Below, one piece after another: positions 38,066-50,703 of a stretch of DNA of 64,000 nucleotides. The DNA comes from Malacoraja senta (Eukaryota): the NCBI GenBank assembly GCA_038087875.1, contig CM075989.1:10914001-10978000 (forward strand), given 5' to 3'. The notes beneath the pieces are model-generated. The model ran no database searches, was not told where the DNA came from, and saw only the letters and a list, made by a program, of their open reading frames with translations. Positions within the stretch are counted from its first letter, which is position 1. Every line of letters starts with the position of its first letter. Made by a program: the position numbers and the translations under genes.

Positions 38066-39547
38066 CTATCGACACTGACTGCCATTCCACCGCGATACTC
38101 TCTTAGTGCTTGACTGGGATAGCAGCCTAGACTGTGCCTTTGGAGTAGGGATCAAACCAGGACTGTCAGAAGCACACAAGGAACCTATCTACAGTTAGGA
38201 AGACACCATACATAAACATGAGCAAGAATAGTTAAGGATATTTTTTATCCTAATCCATCTGAGGATTTTCAAAATAATTCAATATACAAAGAAAAATTCG
38301 TTGTGTAATTGTCCTTGAAGGCAGAAAATGCACAAGCACAATCAGAGAAAATATAATTGGATTAACACAAACAGAAACTGACCCAAATAGTGCAGCTGTG
38401 CAGTTCTATAACAAAATTCATGCCCACATACCGTAAAATTTGCCTGATGCCAATTATCAAAATAATCAGAACCTTCAAAGAAGTGGTGGCTACTCTGGTT
38501 GTGTAACCTCCTCCATGATTTCCGTTTTAAATAAAATTGATTAAACTTTACAGTTGCATGGTTCCTTTCATTGTTCATCACAGTTACTCAATTGTGCTTC
38601 AATATAACTGATGTATGACAGTACTGAGCCAAGATGCCTGTCCCTTCCCATCGGTAGACACTCATTATGGAACACAAAGATCATTAATGGTCACCAGCCA
38701 GGACAATGTCCAAGTCCTCGGGGATTTCAGATCAACTTGAAAACTGAAAAATACCATGAGGAAAATCAGTGGTTTTAAATAGTATTAAGTATTGACTTAT
38801 TTTTAAATGCTTACTTATAAAGAATATTGAACAAGAAAGAAAGCCTGGGAGGAGAGGGCAGTTGGAATAAAAATATAGCTGTTAAAATCCTTTTCAGGAC
38901 TAGCTCATCTGGAAAAAGCCTTTTTGTTTCCTAACCACCCAATTCAATCTTTTGTCTTGTCATTAACACTATTGTCGTTCAATTTCTCTAACCTTCTAGC
39001 CTAACGGAGCTTCCTTTCCCCTGCCCTCCTACCACATCTACCAAATCCTCATCCTTGAAATGAAAGCAGAAAACACCAGGGATGCACTCCTGAGATGAGG
39101 CAACTCATAAGTAAGTTTATGCTTCAAGTCAACAATGATGCATCAGAACTGACTCAGAAATGTATTTGCTTCAACTGAAACCACTTTCAACCTTTTCCAG
39201 TTCTCATCTTTCTTCTTGGATCGAGCCACAGAAAATCTCTCCAAAGATGGGCATAAAGTAAAGCTCATCTCTTGATCTTGCTCAGTTAATCTGTGTATGG
39301 TCCATCCCCAAGCAGTGGACGGAAGAGAGGCGTTATATGTCCGCCTCATCTTTATCATAATTGTCGGTTCCTGGAGCAAAAACCCATGTTAGAACCCAAC
39401 TGGTTGTCATTTGCACAAAGAACATTTGAGGCCTTCCAGCTGGTCCATTTCCAATTCTGAAGTTCAACAATGTAAAAAACAACGTAAATGACGGAGCATA
39501 CTTGAGTGTTTAAGAAAGAACTGCAGATGCTGGAGAAATCTGTCTCA

Positions 39548-39765
39548 TGGTGCTGTCTGTACGGAATTTGTACATTCTCCCTGTAACTGCATGGGTTTCC
39601 GCCGGGTGCTCTGGTTTCCTCCCACACTTCAAAGACGTGTGGGTTGCAGGTTAATTGGCTACTGTGAATTGTTCCTGGTGTGTACGATAGGGCCAATGTA
39701 TGGGTTATTGCTGCTCGGCGCAGACAGTGCACCAAAGGGCCTGTTTCCACACTATTTCTAAACCT
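39548..39765 (+). mobile_element. 5'-truncated HE1/V-SINE-like SINE, preceded by a Penelope terminal-repeat stub
   Basis: gggtgctctggtttcctcccacacttcaaagacgtg and aagggcctgtttcc tail; aaagaactgcagatgctgg at ~39515-39533. Confidence 0.75.
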
Positions 39766-40029
39766 AACATTGAAGAGTGTTACATTTCCATCAGACCTTC
39801 ACTTTCTTTCTCAAAGATAATCCTACATTTTCAAGTAAATTATCCCAAGGTACTTCACAGGAGTGTGACTGAACAAAAACAGACACTAAGCCTCCCGATT
39901 GTTCAGGTAACCACAGATGTGGTCAAATGAGGGATGAATAGAACAGACATGCAGCATAGAGCTTGAATTAAGCACTAAAGAGACAACAAAACACTATGCC
40001 TCAGAGGATCTAGGTGGCCTTTTACATGA

Positions 40030-40560
40030 AATGCTGATGGTTAGCATTCGCATGCAGTTATAGCAAATAATTAGGTAGGCAAATAGAATGCTGGCCTTTA
40101 TTTGAAAGGCCATGATATACAAAGTAAGCAAGATTTACTACAACTATGCATGGTGTTGGCTCGACTGCACCTGACACACTGCTTATACTTTCAGTCTCCT
40201 TAAGAAGAGGGATATTCTGGCATTGGAGGCAGTTCAGAGAAGGTTTGTGAAGTTGACTACAGAGATTAAGGTGTTGTCGAATGAGGAAAAATTCACGTTG
40301 GGACAATTGTTTTGAAGAAAGGAAGGAGAAACATTTTAAGATTTAGGGTGGACGATGAGAGGATGTTTCCTCATGTGGGGATTAGAGGAGCAGAGTTTCC
40401 AAGATAAGGGGATCAGCCATTTAAGGAGGAATTTCTTTTCAGGCAGCCATTAACCTTCAGTCTTCTGGGAGCTGTGGAGGAAGAATCATGTAACATAGTC
40501 ATTGCTGAGATAGATGAACCACGATCTCATGAACGATGGAACAGATTCAAGAAACCAGTT
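40030..40560 (+). mobile_element. Highly degraded CR1 LINE fragment
   Basis: aaggcaaatagaatgctggcc, ggcattggaggcagttcagagaaggttt and aggatgtttcctc motifs. Boundaries are approximate. Confidence 0.6.
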
Positions 40561-42552
40561 AGTCTTCATATGATTATATTCCATATGTTCTTATGGGCAC
40601 AAAATGAATATCCAACCCAACTACACTAATGAAAATCTTCAACCCAAGTATTTATACATATCTGAACATTGGTGTGAATATGTCACAAACCTGTTACCAG
40701 AGTAGAACCTTGGCCACAGTTATTTTTTCCAGTCCAATTTGCCATCACAGAACTCTATCTACCCCCTTATGCTGGAACCTTTCCAGCACCTGGTTGGATG
40801 TACCTGCTGAGCACGATGCTCCACCTCAAGAGAACCACTGCATCACCCATGCACTAGTGGGACAATCAGAGTTAAGCTACAAAGCACTGAGCCACCCCAG
40901 CCTGGCTCAGAGGATTTAAAATCGTTTTTATATTCAGTACATATACGTTTCTCGTTGAGCTTGTACAGGATAACCAGGCTCTGGAGAGAATTCAAGAGTT
41001 TAAGGTCTAGTTAGCTGAAGGCACATTCACCACTATTGGAATCTTGAACCAACCCTGGATCAGAAATGTGAAGGAAGGGTTGGAACAAGCATATGTTGCA
41101 CAGATTAACTATGATCCAACAGAATGACGAAGCAGATTGAGGGGCCAAATGGCTCCGTTCTGCATCCATGACTTCCATGCATCTGTACCCAAGCCTTTCC
41201 AGCTTAATAAATATTTGATCTACACACATCTGTTCCTGCAGGTGAATGCAGAAGGCCATGGGCACTACTTTAAAGACATAAGCAATATCTCTAGAGCCCA
41301 TCAGCTAATATTTCAAAGGAAATAAAGTGCTGGAGTAACTCAGGTCAGGCAGAATCCCTGGAGAACATGCATAGGTGACATTTTGGGTTGGGACGCTTCT
41401 ACAGATTGATGAAGGGACAATGTTTAATCTTTGCTCAACACAAGCTTAATTGATTATTCAATGATCACATTGTTTGTGAGGGCTTGCTCTACACAAATTG
41501 GCAGTTTAATTTCATCGGAAGCAATGCTAATTACAATTTAAAATTACTTCACTGGCTGCAAATCTCTTTTGAACATCCAAGTTTGTGAAAGGCATTAAAA
41601 AATGCAAATCTGTCTGCCTTCGGTTTCTTTTCACTGTTGATAAGTGATTTTATTGTATCAAATTTATCAAAAATCAAGTAGGATTTTCAGGCCCATTCAC
41701 TTAGAAATCTGTGACTTTAGGATTGTTTTCACTGTGCAATCAACACTTACTAACTAGTACCCTGGGATTTTTTGCAGGTTCGTGCCAGTCCTGTTTTAAA
41801 ACAAAACATCACATTGGACACATTGGGTAAACATGACAAGACCAGCTGTCAGTTATAAAAGGCCCATAATATTTTTTTTCCCCAATGCAGCACCACGGAA
41901 AATGATCCATGGCATTCTAAACTCTACTATAACTCCAATCTGACACATCTCATCATTTGCTAACAGACAGCCCAGCATTGGGGAAAGGAAAGCTTGTCAT
42001 CAGCAAAATTCATTTCAGACACCTCATCTTGCAACGCCATTTAATATCCCAAAGAAACAAACGAGGGCAGTCACGCAGAAGAATGTCATAGTGCAGTATT
42101 TCACAACTGTAACTGTTAACACATTAAACTCTGCACCACATTGTGAATGGACGTCACAAGCCAAATGTGAAAGACATGCAATTGATGAGTAGTGATTGAT
42201 GTAATTGTTTTAAATATATTTTATTGGCTCCAGATCAAGTCTGTTCAAACATACAATTTACAATGAGAAGTTCTTACCACACAATGAAGACAAAGACAAC
42301 TTACTTAAAGAGACAATAAGAGCCGTCAACATGTCCCTGTATGGGTATGAACAAAAGATAAGATCAGGGAACAAAGGAAAATGAGGGTTTTGTCAGAAAC
42401 AAGAAAGCATGCATCAGATAGGCATTTGATATAAAGGAATCCTTTAGGGTTTATAAGGGTTGTTGGAAAGAATTTATGAAATTTGAAAGAGCATAAAGAT
42501 TTAAAGTGGCCTTGGAAACGGGATTACAAATATCAAGACTTTTAAGTAAGTA

Positions 42553-44026
42553 CTAGACCAAGTGCAGACCCGTTGGGTCTGTTCCTCCAACGCACGGTTG
42601 CGGGGGGGGGGGGCGCATGTGACGTCACACGCACTAACCACACCCACACTAACTATTCCCCCGCTCACACGCTAACTACCCCCCCTTGATATTATATTAA
42701 TATTATTAATTTGCTCCTTTTACACCATAACCGCCCTATCCACTGACGCATAGCCCCCAACTCGCAGGCACGTCTAGAGAGGGGGGGGAGATAGAGAGTG
42801 AGGGCAGAGAGAGAATGGGGAGAGACAGAGAGAGAGAGGGGAAGAGACAGAAGGGCAAGAGACAGAGGGAGAGGGGGGTGTAGGGGTGGATAAGAGGGTG
42901 GGGAGAGAGAGAGAGAGAGGGGAGGAGAGAGAGGGCAGGAGAGGAGAGAGGGGAGGAGAGAGGGGGAGAGGGGGGCTGTGGGGGGGGGGCGGGGGGGAAG
43001 AGAGAGAGGGGGGAGAGAGAGGGGAGAGGGGGAGAGGGGAAGAGGGGGAGAGGGGGAGAGGGGGAGAGACAGAGAGAGGAGTGGGGCGGGGCGGGAGGTC
43101 GCAGGGGCCCGAGCGAGCCCGTAGCGATCCGAGGACCAAAGATCCTATAGTGAGCTATAGGCTCTTTGCTGAGGACTGCAAAAGCTTCCGTCAGCGTTAC
43201 AGAGGAGCAGGCCGCGGACACAGACCGAGAGGAGATCGCCCCTGTGATGGGTAGAGAGGAGAGGGGAGGAGGTGAGAAGAGGCGGGGCCGGGGGGGGCCG
43301 GGCGAGTGAGTGGGAGAGAGACAGAACCGGCTTAACTCTCTGGAAAACGGCAGCTGAGTGAGCGGGCGGGCAGGGAGGGGAGGGGTGGGGCTTCACGAGC
43401 TGCATGGGCAGCGAGAAAACTTCCCTCGCTCGAGGCGTCGCTCGCTCACAGACGCTCTCGAGGCGTCGCTCACAGCCGCTCGGTCACAGCCGGTCACTTC
43501 CTTCTGAATCCTCTCCGTCTCCCCCACCCGATCGTAGATCATGGCGGCGGCGGCCGTTATCGTCGCGCGCGGCACGCGATGAGAAGGTGGCCCTGGCGGC
43601 CATTACTCCCTCTGGGAAGCCCGCTATAGGATCTTTGGTCCGCAGCACAGAGGGAGGCGAAAAAATGACTTGGGGGGGGGGGGGGTGGTGGAAAGTGCGC
43701 CTGCACGTTGAGAGCATCGGCCTTAATCGAGAGCGGGGGGGGGGGACGGCGGTGCTGCGAGCAAGGGCATTGTGATGTCCGCAGCTGCCGCAACTGGGTA
43801 GCACTTTGATTTTTTTTTTTAAACAGTCCGTTTTGTTAACTATTTTATTGAAAATGTGGGGAGATAAATGACCTAATTTACAGAGGAGTGGGTTTCTAAA
43901 ATCATTAGGTAAATCGCCACTGAAATCTGTAAAAATTTGCCCCTTTGGGCGTGTGGTTTTCGAGGAGATACGTTTCAAACGCAAAATGACACCCACACAA
44001 CCAACACACACTTAAAAGTATATAGA
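42553..44026 (-). mobile_element. Complete non-autonomous Helitron (1474 bp)
   Basis: Minus strand reads A|TCTATATAC...cagaccc-aac-gggtctg-cacttggt-CTAG|T: 5' TC, 3' GC-rich hairpin 8 nt before CTAG, inserted between A and T with no TSD. A second partial copy lies at 35590-35872. Confidence 0.85.
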
Positions 44027-44049
44027 TATGATATATGATATGATATTGG

Positions 44050-45295
44050 AAGCAAGATGATAGCCAGGGAAAGAATCAGTTCCATTCGGGGACCAAAATG
44101 GAATCTGTGTGTGGAGCGGGACAGTAAATGAATACTTCGCATTGGTATTCACCAGGGAGGAGAATGTGAAAGATGAAGATTTAGTTTAGTTTCAGTTTAG
44201 AGATACAGCATGGAAACAGGCCCTTCGGCCCACCGAGTCCTCACTGACCAGTGATCTCCGCACATTAATACTGTCCTATACTAGGGACAATTATTACATG
44301 TATACCAAGCCAATTAACCTACAAACCTGTACGTCTTTGGAGTGTGGGAGGAAATCAAAGTTCTCAGAGAAAACCCACGCAGGTCACGGGGAGAACGTAC
44401 GAACTCCGTACAGGCCGCAACCGTAGCCAGGATCGAACCCGGGTCTCTGGCGTTGTAAGGCAGCAACTCTCCCGCTGCATCACCAAAAATATTACGGGCC
44501 ATTTAAGAGAGAGAGTATGGTGATATTCTACAGCACATTTGGAAGGAGGAAATTGTAGTGATATTGGCACTTACTAACATGGATAAGTCGCACGGGCCTG
44601 ACGGGATCTATCCCAGGATGCGATGGAAAACAAAGGAGAAGATTCCTGGGACTCCAACAGTGTTTTGCAAATTGTTAGCCAGGATACAGTACTTGTAAAC
44701 TGGGGGATAGCTAATGTTGTTCAAAAACATTGATAGGCCCAAGCCAGGAAACGACAGGTCAGTAGGCCTCTCAGAGATATGGAAGTTGTTGGTGAAGATT
44801 GAGGGGCAGAATTAATGTTCACTTAGAAAGGTAAAAACTGATTAGGAAAAATCAACATGATTTTGTGCAGAGGAGATCCAATCGAGGTTTTTTTAGGTGA
44901 TAAACAAGAAAATTGATTAAGTGGTAGATATGATTTACATGGACTTCAATAAGGCTTTTGAAAGGGTGCCACACGGTAGCATGGTCCAAAAGTTTAAGCC
45001 ATATTGACAAACTGGATCCAAAATTGACTTGGTGATGGGAGGCAGAAGGTAGGGATGGACAGTTGTTTTACTGAGTGAAAGTCTGTAACAAGTGGTGCAC
45101 CACAAGAGATTGGTGCTGGACCCAAATGACTTGGATATGATTGTAGGTGGACTGATTAGGTGAGTGTGAGCTGATGCATTTTGGGATGTCAAAAAAAATG
45201 CATGGATCTCAAGAGTGTGGACGTACAGAGGGACTTTGAGGTTCAAACTCATAGCTCCTTGAAAACGGCAACACAACTGGATGGGGCAGTGAAGT
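44050..45295 (+). mobile_element. Degraded CR1 LINE, interrupted by a SINE
   Basis: Remnants of DKSxGPDGIYPR, WxxANVV, YMDFNKAFERVPH, SGAPQ and VQRDF motifs. Confidence 0.75.
44180..44484 (-). mobile_element. Full-length HE1/V-SINE-like tRNA SINE, young
   Basis: Reverse complement of the 9476-9786 family. Intact B box gggttcgatcc and a (gttta)n tail at 44180-44200. Confidence 0.88.
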
Positions 45296-45655
45296 GATGA
45301 ATAAACTTTAGCACTGAAGCTGGAATTGAGACTGAAATCACTTTGAACATTGACAAAAGTCTGAGAGGTAGATATTTAGTTATATTTGCTTGGTCTTCCA
45401 CAGGCTAGCTTATGCCATTTTAGTTTGGATAGCAAACCAAGATCTCACCTGCCTGTTCAAGTGGATGTGGAAAGGTTTCATTGTATTATACAAAGGAAAT
45501 TTACCTAGAACATGGATAAAAGTTCTGACGGAGGTGAGCACTGCAGGAAATGTCCCGTGGCTGCATTTCTTTGAGGAGCATTAATACCAAAAGTCATCAC
45601 ATTTAGACTGATTACATCTTTGCGCTTACATTAAATCAATGTGAGAAATAAAATG

Positions 45656-47282
45656 TTTAAGAAGGAACTGCAGATGCTGGAAAATCAAAGGTAGACAAAA
45701 ATGCTGGAGAAACTCAGCGGGTGAGGCAGCATCTATGGAGCGAAGGAAATAGACGACGTTTCGGGTCGAGACCCTTATTCAGACTGATGTGGGGATGGGC
45801 GGAAGAAGAAAGGAAGATGCGGAGACAGTGGGCTGTGGGAGAGTTGGGAAGGGGAGGGGAAAGGAGAAAGCAGGGACTACCTGAAATTGGAGGTGCTGGG
45901 GTGTAAACTACCCAAGCGAAATATGAGGTGCTGCTCCTCCAATTTACAGTAGGCCTCACACTGGCCATGGAGGAGACACAGGACAGAAAGGTCGGATTCG
46001 GAATGGGAGGGGTAGTTGAAGTGCTGAGCCACCGGGAGATCAGGTTGGTTATTGCGAACCGAGCAGAGGTGTTGGGCGAAGCGATCGCCAAGCCTACGCT
46101 TGGTCTCACCGATGTAGAGCAGTAGACACCTAGAGCAGCGGATGCAATAGATGAGGTTGGAGGAGGTGCAGCCGCAGCTGGAAAGACTGCTTGGGTCCTT
46201 GGATGGAGTCAAGGGGGGAGATAAAACGACAAGTGTGGCATTTCCTGCTGTTGCAAGGGAAAGTGCCAAGAGAGGAGGTGGTTTGGGTGGGAAGGGACAA
46301 ATTGACCAGGGAGTTACGGAGGGAGCGGACTCTGCGGAAAGCCAAAAGGGGAGGAGATGGGAAGATGCGGCCAGTGGTGGGATCCCGTTGGAGGATTATT
46401 TGTTGTATGTGCCGGCTGGTAGGGTGGAAGTTGAGGACACGGGGGACTCTGCCCTTGTTACGAGTGAGGGGGATGGGGAGTGAGAGCAGAGTTACGGGGT
46501 ATAGAAGAGACCCTGGTGAGAGCCTCATCTATAGGAGAAGAGGGGAACCCCCGCTCCCTAAAGAATGAGGACATCTCCGATGCCCTGGTTTGGAACATCT
46601 CATCCTGGGTGCAGATGCAGCATAGATGGAGGAATTGGGCGTAGGGGATGGAGTCCTTACAGGAGGCAGGGTGGGAAGAAGTGTAGTCCAGATAGCCATG
46701 GGAGTCAGTGGGTTTATAGTAGATGTTGGTCAGTAGTCTGTCACCTGTGATGGAGATAGTGAGGTGTAGAAATGGTAGGGAGATGTCGGAAATGGTCCAG
46801 GTGTATTTGAGTGCCGGATGGAAGTTAGTGGTGAAATGGATGAAGTCAGTGAGTTCTGTATGGGTGCAGGAGGTAGCATCAACGCAGTCGCGATGTAGCG
46901 GAGGTAGAGTTCGGGGATAGGGCCATGGTACGCTTCGAACAAGGATTGTTCGACGTACCCTACAAAGAGGCAGGCATAGCTTGGGCCCCCAATGCGCGTG
47001 CCCATAGCTACGCATTGGATTTTGAATAAATGGGAGGAGTCAAACGAAAAGTTGTTAAGGGTAAGGGCCAGCTCCGCTAGACGGAGGAGAGTATCAGTAG
47101 ACAGGGATTGGTTGGTTCTACGGTCGAGGAAGAAACGGAGGGCTTTAAGACCCTGCTGGTGGGGGATGGAGGTGTAGAGTGACTGGACATCCATGTTGAA
47201 GATGAGGGAATGGGGGCCTAGAAAACGGAAATCATGGAGGAGACGAAGAGCTTTTGAGATGTCTTAAACATAGGTAGCGAGG
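45656..47282 (-). mobile_element. 5'-truncated Penelope-like element (RT + GIY-YIG endonuclease + terminal repeat), frameshifted
   Basis: Minus ORFs give MDVQSLYTSIPH...VAMGT...PSYACLFVGYVEQ...YLRYI, LPFLHLTI...YYKPTDSHGYLDYTSSHP and CTSSNLIYCIRCSRCLLLYIGETKRRLGDRFAQHL. TSD gaaataaaatg at 45645-45655 and 47283-47293. Confidence 0.95.
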
Positions 47283-49117
47283 GAAATAAAATGGTATTTT
47301 TAAATTAATAAGCCATTCAGTCCACCCGTCCATACTCCAGTCTACTTTATCTTATCCTTCTATTCACTTCTTCCTCATGTAGCTTCTTCTTAAATAAATC
47401 CCAATCATTTGCTTCAAATCAGTTCTCCATTGTGGATCAGATGGATTCTGATGTGACCATGCAATCCCCAACCTTGAGCAGATATCCTTTTGCAGAAATT
47501 GCAGAAGGTGCCATGTCTGAGAGCCACCTTTCTACACACTCTCCTGTTGCTCCTGGAGGGGAGGGAAATGTCTCTGAATTATGCAAGTCCCTACTCGAAT
47601 ATTTTGGCTGCAATGAAAATCCGTCACTTCAACTGCTCTTCATGTTAATGAGCCACACATTATTCCCTTCCTCTTAGGAAGTTTCTTGGGAGCGTATTTG
47701 CATCTATCTCTCAGCTAAATCTCTGATTCTAATCTTCTCCAGGAACAGTCATCTTTTGTCACCAGGCCAAATATGGTTGTTTATACTGTCACAGAGGGGG
47801 AAAAAGCACATCAATTTCTGGGGAAATTATTAGTGCACCAGTGTTTTCCAGTTTCACACCCAGCCCATGTGCTCATTTTATGCTGCCCCTGTGTAAACTG
47901 TGTTCTTGTTTGATGACTAACCGCAGCTCATTTTAGTTTTGCAATTATCTTGGCACATACCCCCTGACAAAAGGCCAATCCCTAGTACAAACAGCGTGCT
48001 CAGGCAGTTCAAGAGAACCTTTACAGGAATGTCATTAACTGCAACGTATGTCATTGTTTAGCTTCTCATCTTAATCAACACCAAAGTCAGCAAAGTTTGA
48101 GTGAACAGAAAGCTCTTTCCAGCTGGGCTTAGTTTAACATTTCACTGGGAGTTGGAACAAGCTTATTAAGAGAATCCTGAAGAATCTGGCCACAAAGCAG
48201 TATTTAAATCCAGGGACAATCATACTAACACTGAACTGACCCCTTTATCCAACACACCCAATGATGACTCAGTGAATAACTTCACCTCATGCTGTGGAAC
48301 TAAACTACAAGACCAAGACTATTAAACATTCTGCCTAACTGGATTGAAGCCCACTTAATCTGCTTCAGATATTCAAGTGAGGTTGTTGGGATGGTTCAAA
48401 TAAAAGGTACAAGAGGGTCAGGAGCTGTGAAGTGATCAGAGGGGGTGGGGGTGTGATTTGAAGATGATATATCAGCACAGCTCATACAGTCACTCCCTTG
48501 CTGAACTAGTGGCCCAGGTTCAATCTTGCCTTTGGGTGTTTTCTTTGTGGAGCTTGCGCATTCTCTATGACCACATAGGTTCTTAACAGGTTCACCAGAT
48601 ACCTCCCACATCCAAAAGATGCGTCGATCTCAGTTAATTGGCCTGCAGGTGAGTGACAGAACCTGGGGTTGGGGGGGGGGGGGGGTTGATGATAATTTGG
48701 GGAGAATTAATTGGGTGATTGATGGCCAGCATAGACTCGATGAGCCATTTCCATGCCGTATGGTTCTATGATAGTGAGAGAAGGAAGAGGAAATTGAATA
48801 ATGAGAATAGCTAAAAATGGGAGGAGGAACAAGGAACCAACTGGGAGGAATTGATGACACCAAAAGTATACTGTTCTCATAGATGCGATCTTTATTATAC
48901 TGGTCGCAAGAAAATCCCATGCTTTCTCAAGTCAACCCCTAGAAATATCTACAAATCAATTCTGCAGTTACTCCAAGTGCTAATGTTCCTCTCACACTGC
49001 GCCCCCCTTTACCTTGTCCAGTTTACAGTTCATTACAACATCATTTATGAGGTACAAATCACTCTGCTTTAAGCTGGTCATGATTTCACACCATAACTCA
49101 GCACTCCCACTTGCTAT

Positions 49118-49351
49118 GTGGAATTCTCTGTGGAATTCTCTGCCTCAGAGGGCGGTGGAGGCCGGTTCTCTGGATGCTTTCAAGAGAGAGCTAGATAGGG
49201 CTCTTAAAAATAGCGGAGTCAGGGGATATGGGGAGAAGGCAGGAAAGGGGGGGGGGGGGCACTGATTGGGGATGATCAGCCATGATCACATTGAATGGCG
49301 GTGCTGGCTCGAAGGGCCGAATGGCCTACTCCTGCACCTATTGTCTATTGT
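49118..49351 (+). mobile_element. Short young CR1 3' end
   Basis: LWNSLPQRAVEAGSLDAFKRELDRALK..GYGEKAG; 3' UTR shared with 6646-6730; (ctattgt)2 tail. Confidence 0.88.
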
Positions 49352-49904
49352 TAGTAAAACACAGGCTCCAAACACCACCTTTCTAGCTGAGAACCAGTAT
49401 CATTTATCTTTGACTGAGAATTTTTTATTTACACATAGATATTTCCATGTTAAATCTTAGTCTTGCCTGGTGGAAAAAAATTCAAGTCACTTCATGAGGG
49501 TTAAAAGTTACTCCGACCACTGAGTTCATCCAGAATTTGGAGCTAAATAACAGGCCATTCGGCCCACTGCTTATGCCAGCACTGCTCCATTCTAATCCTT
49601 TCACATGTTATCTATTTGCATGTTCCCCAATTCCTTCACGATTTATGTCCCCGTCCAGTCTCCTAATATGTGGAGACAGGTCAATACTCCAGTGCCTGGC
49701 AATGCCCATTTTTAACAAGAGGGTTTAGAAAGAGAAATTGAAAGGGCCTCCTTACTCTTAAGAGGTTTACAAAAAACATCATTCATTTAAATTGGGAAAT
49801 GAATTAGAGAGAAGATGGAGAAAAGATTTTTCAATTGTTCCACCCTGTGAGTGGAAAGGATCCAGAACTTGCTGCCCAAAAGAGTGGAACATGCTGAAAC
49901 ATTC

Positions 49905-50703
49905 ACCCCGTTTTTGTTAGTGTCTAAATGTATGTTTTTAAAGGTTTCTAAGTCTTTTTTATGTGGGAGATGGGGGAGGGGAGTCGTTTCCCACTCACTT
50001 CCTGGTCAGATATGTGTCTTTTCTCCGAGTCACATCTTCGGCTCCCCCCCCCCCCCCCCCCCATCTCCCCCCCTACCAACTGGATTGGTGTGGCCTTTCC
50101 TGCCCGAGACTGGCCAGAGCTTCAGCAGCGGTGCAGCACTGAATTCCATCGTGGAGTGGGACATGCTTTACCAGGGATCGCCTGTGTTGAAGCTCCGGAA
50201 TGTTGGGCCTGCTGATTATCACCGTGGAGCTGTGGTTTGCGCAGCTTCCAGCCACGGGCGGCGCTGACTTTAACATTGTGTTGGCCTGGGATCTTTTGCC
50301 GAGGGTCGCCAGTGTTGAATCTCCACCCAGCACGGCCTGTGGACTTCGGAAGCAGCGGTCTCTGGTAAGAAGTGGCCGATTCAGAAACTCCAAGCTGCTG
50401 AGTGTGTTCTTCCGTTCCGATGCCGGAGCTCCAATCATCGTGGCAAGAGGGCCTAAACATCGGGCCGCCGTAGTGGCGACTGCCGAGGGCTCAAAGCCCC
50501 CGACCACGGGTGAACAAAGAGGAAGATGACTGAACTTTATTGCTTTCCTTCACAGTGGGAAATGTTGATTCCGCTGTGTGGGGATGTTCATGTCAAATTC
50601 TAGCGTGTATTGTGTTCTTTTTATTCGTATGTCTGTATAGCAACTCAAATCTCACTGTACCAATTGGTGCATGTGACAATAAATGCAACTTAAACTTGAA
50701 CTC
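49905..50703 (+). mobile_element. GC/CpG-rich non-coding retroposon-like repeat with a Rex/L2-type 3' tail (family unassigned)
   Basis: Ends tcactgtaccaattggtgcatgtgacaataaa followed by (aactt)-type repeats. The same tail occurs at 13820-13870 and, more diverged, at 57183-57215. The 5' boundary is uncertain. Confidence 0.55.

Noticed and set aside
41460..41620. Ancient DeuSINE-like fragments (also ~1045-1150, ~10530-10850, ~59640-59840, ~60150-60320) as conserved enhancers
   Set aside because: The resemblance is recognisable but too decayed to bound, and no evidence of exaptation is available from this sequence alone.
42736..44011. Cluster of 120-175-aa Pro/Gly/Arg-rich ORFs and an apparent CpG-island promoter
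   Set aside because: All lie inside the Helitron boundaries, are low complexity and show no recognisable domain. Part of the element is repeated at 35590-35872.
49851..50529. Overlapping 109-144-aa ORFs on both strands
   Set aside because: Expected by chance in GC-rich repeat DNA; no domain similarity or exon signals recognised.
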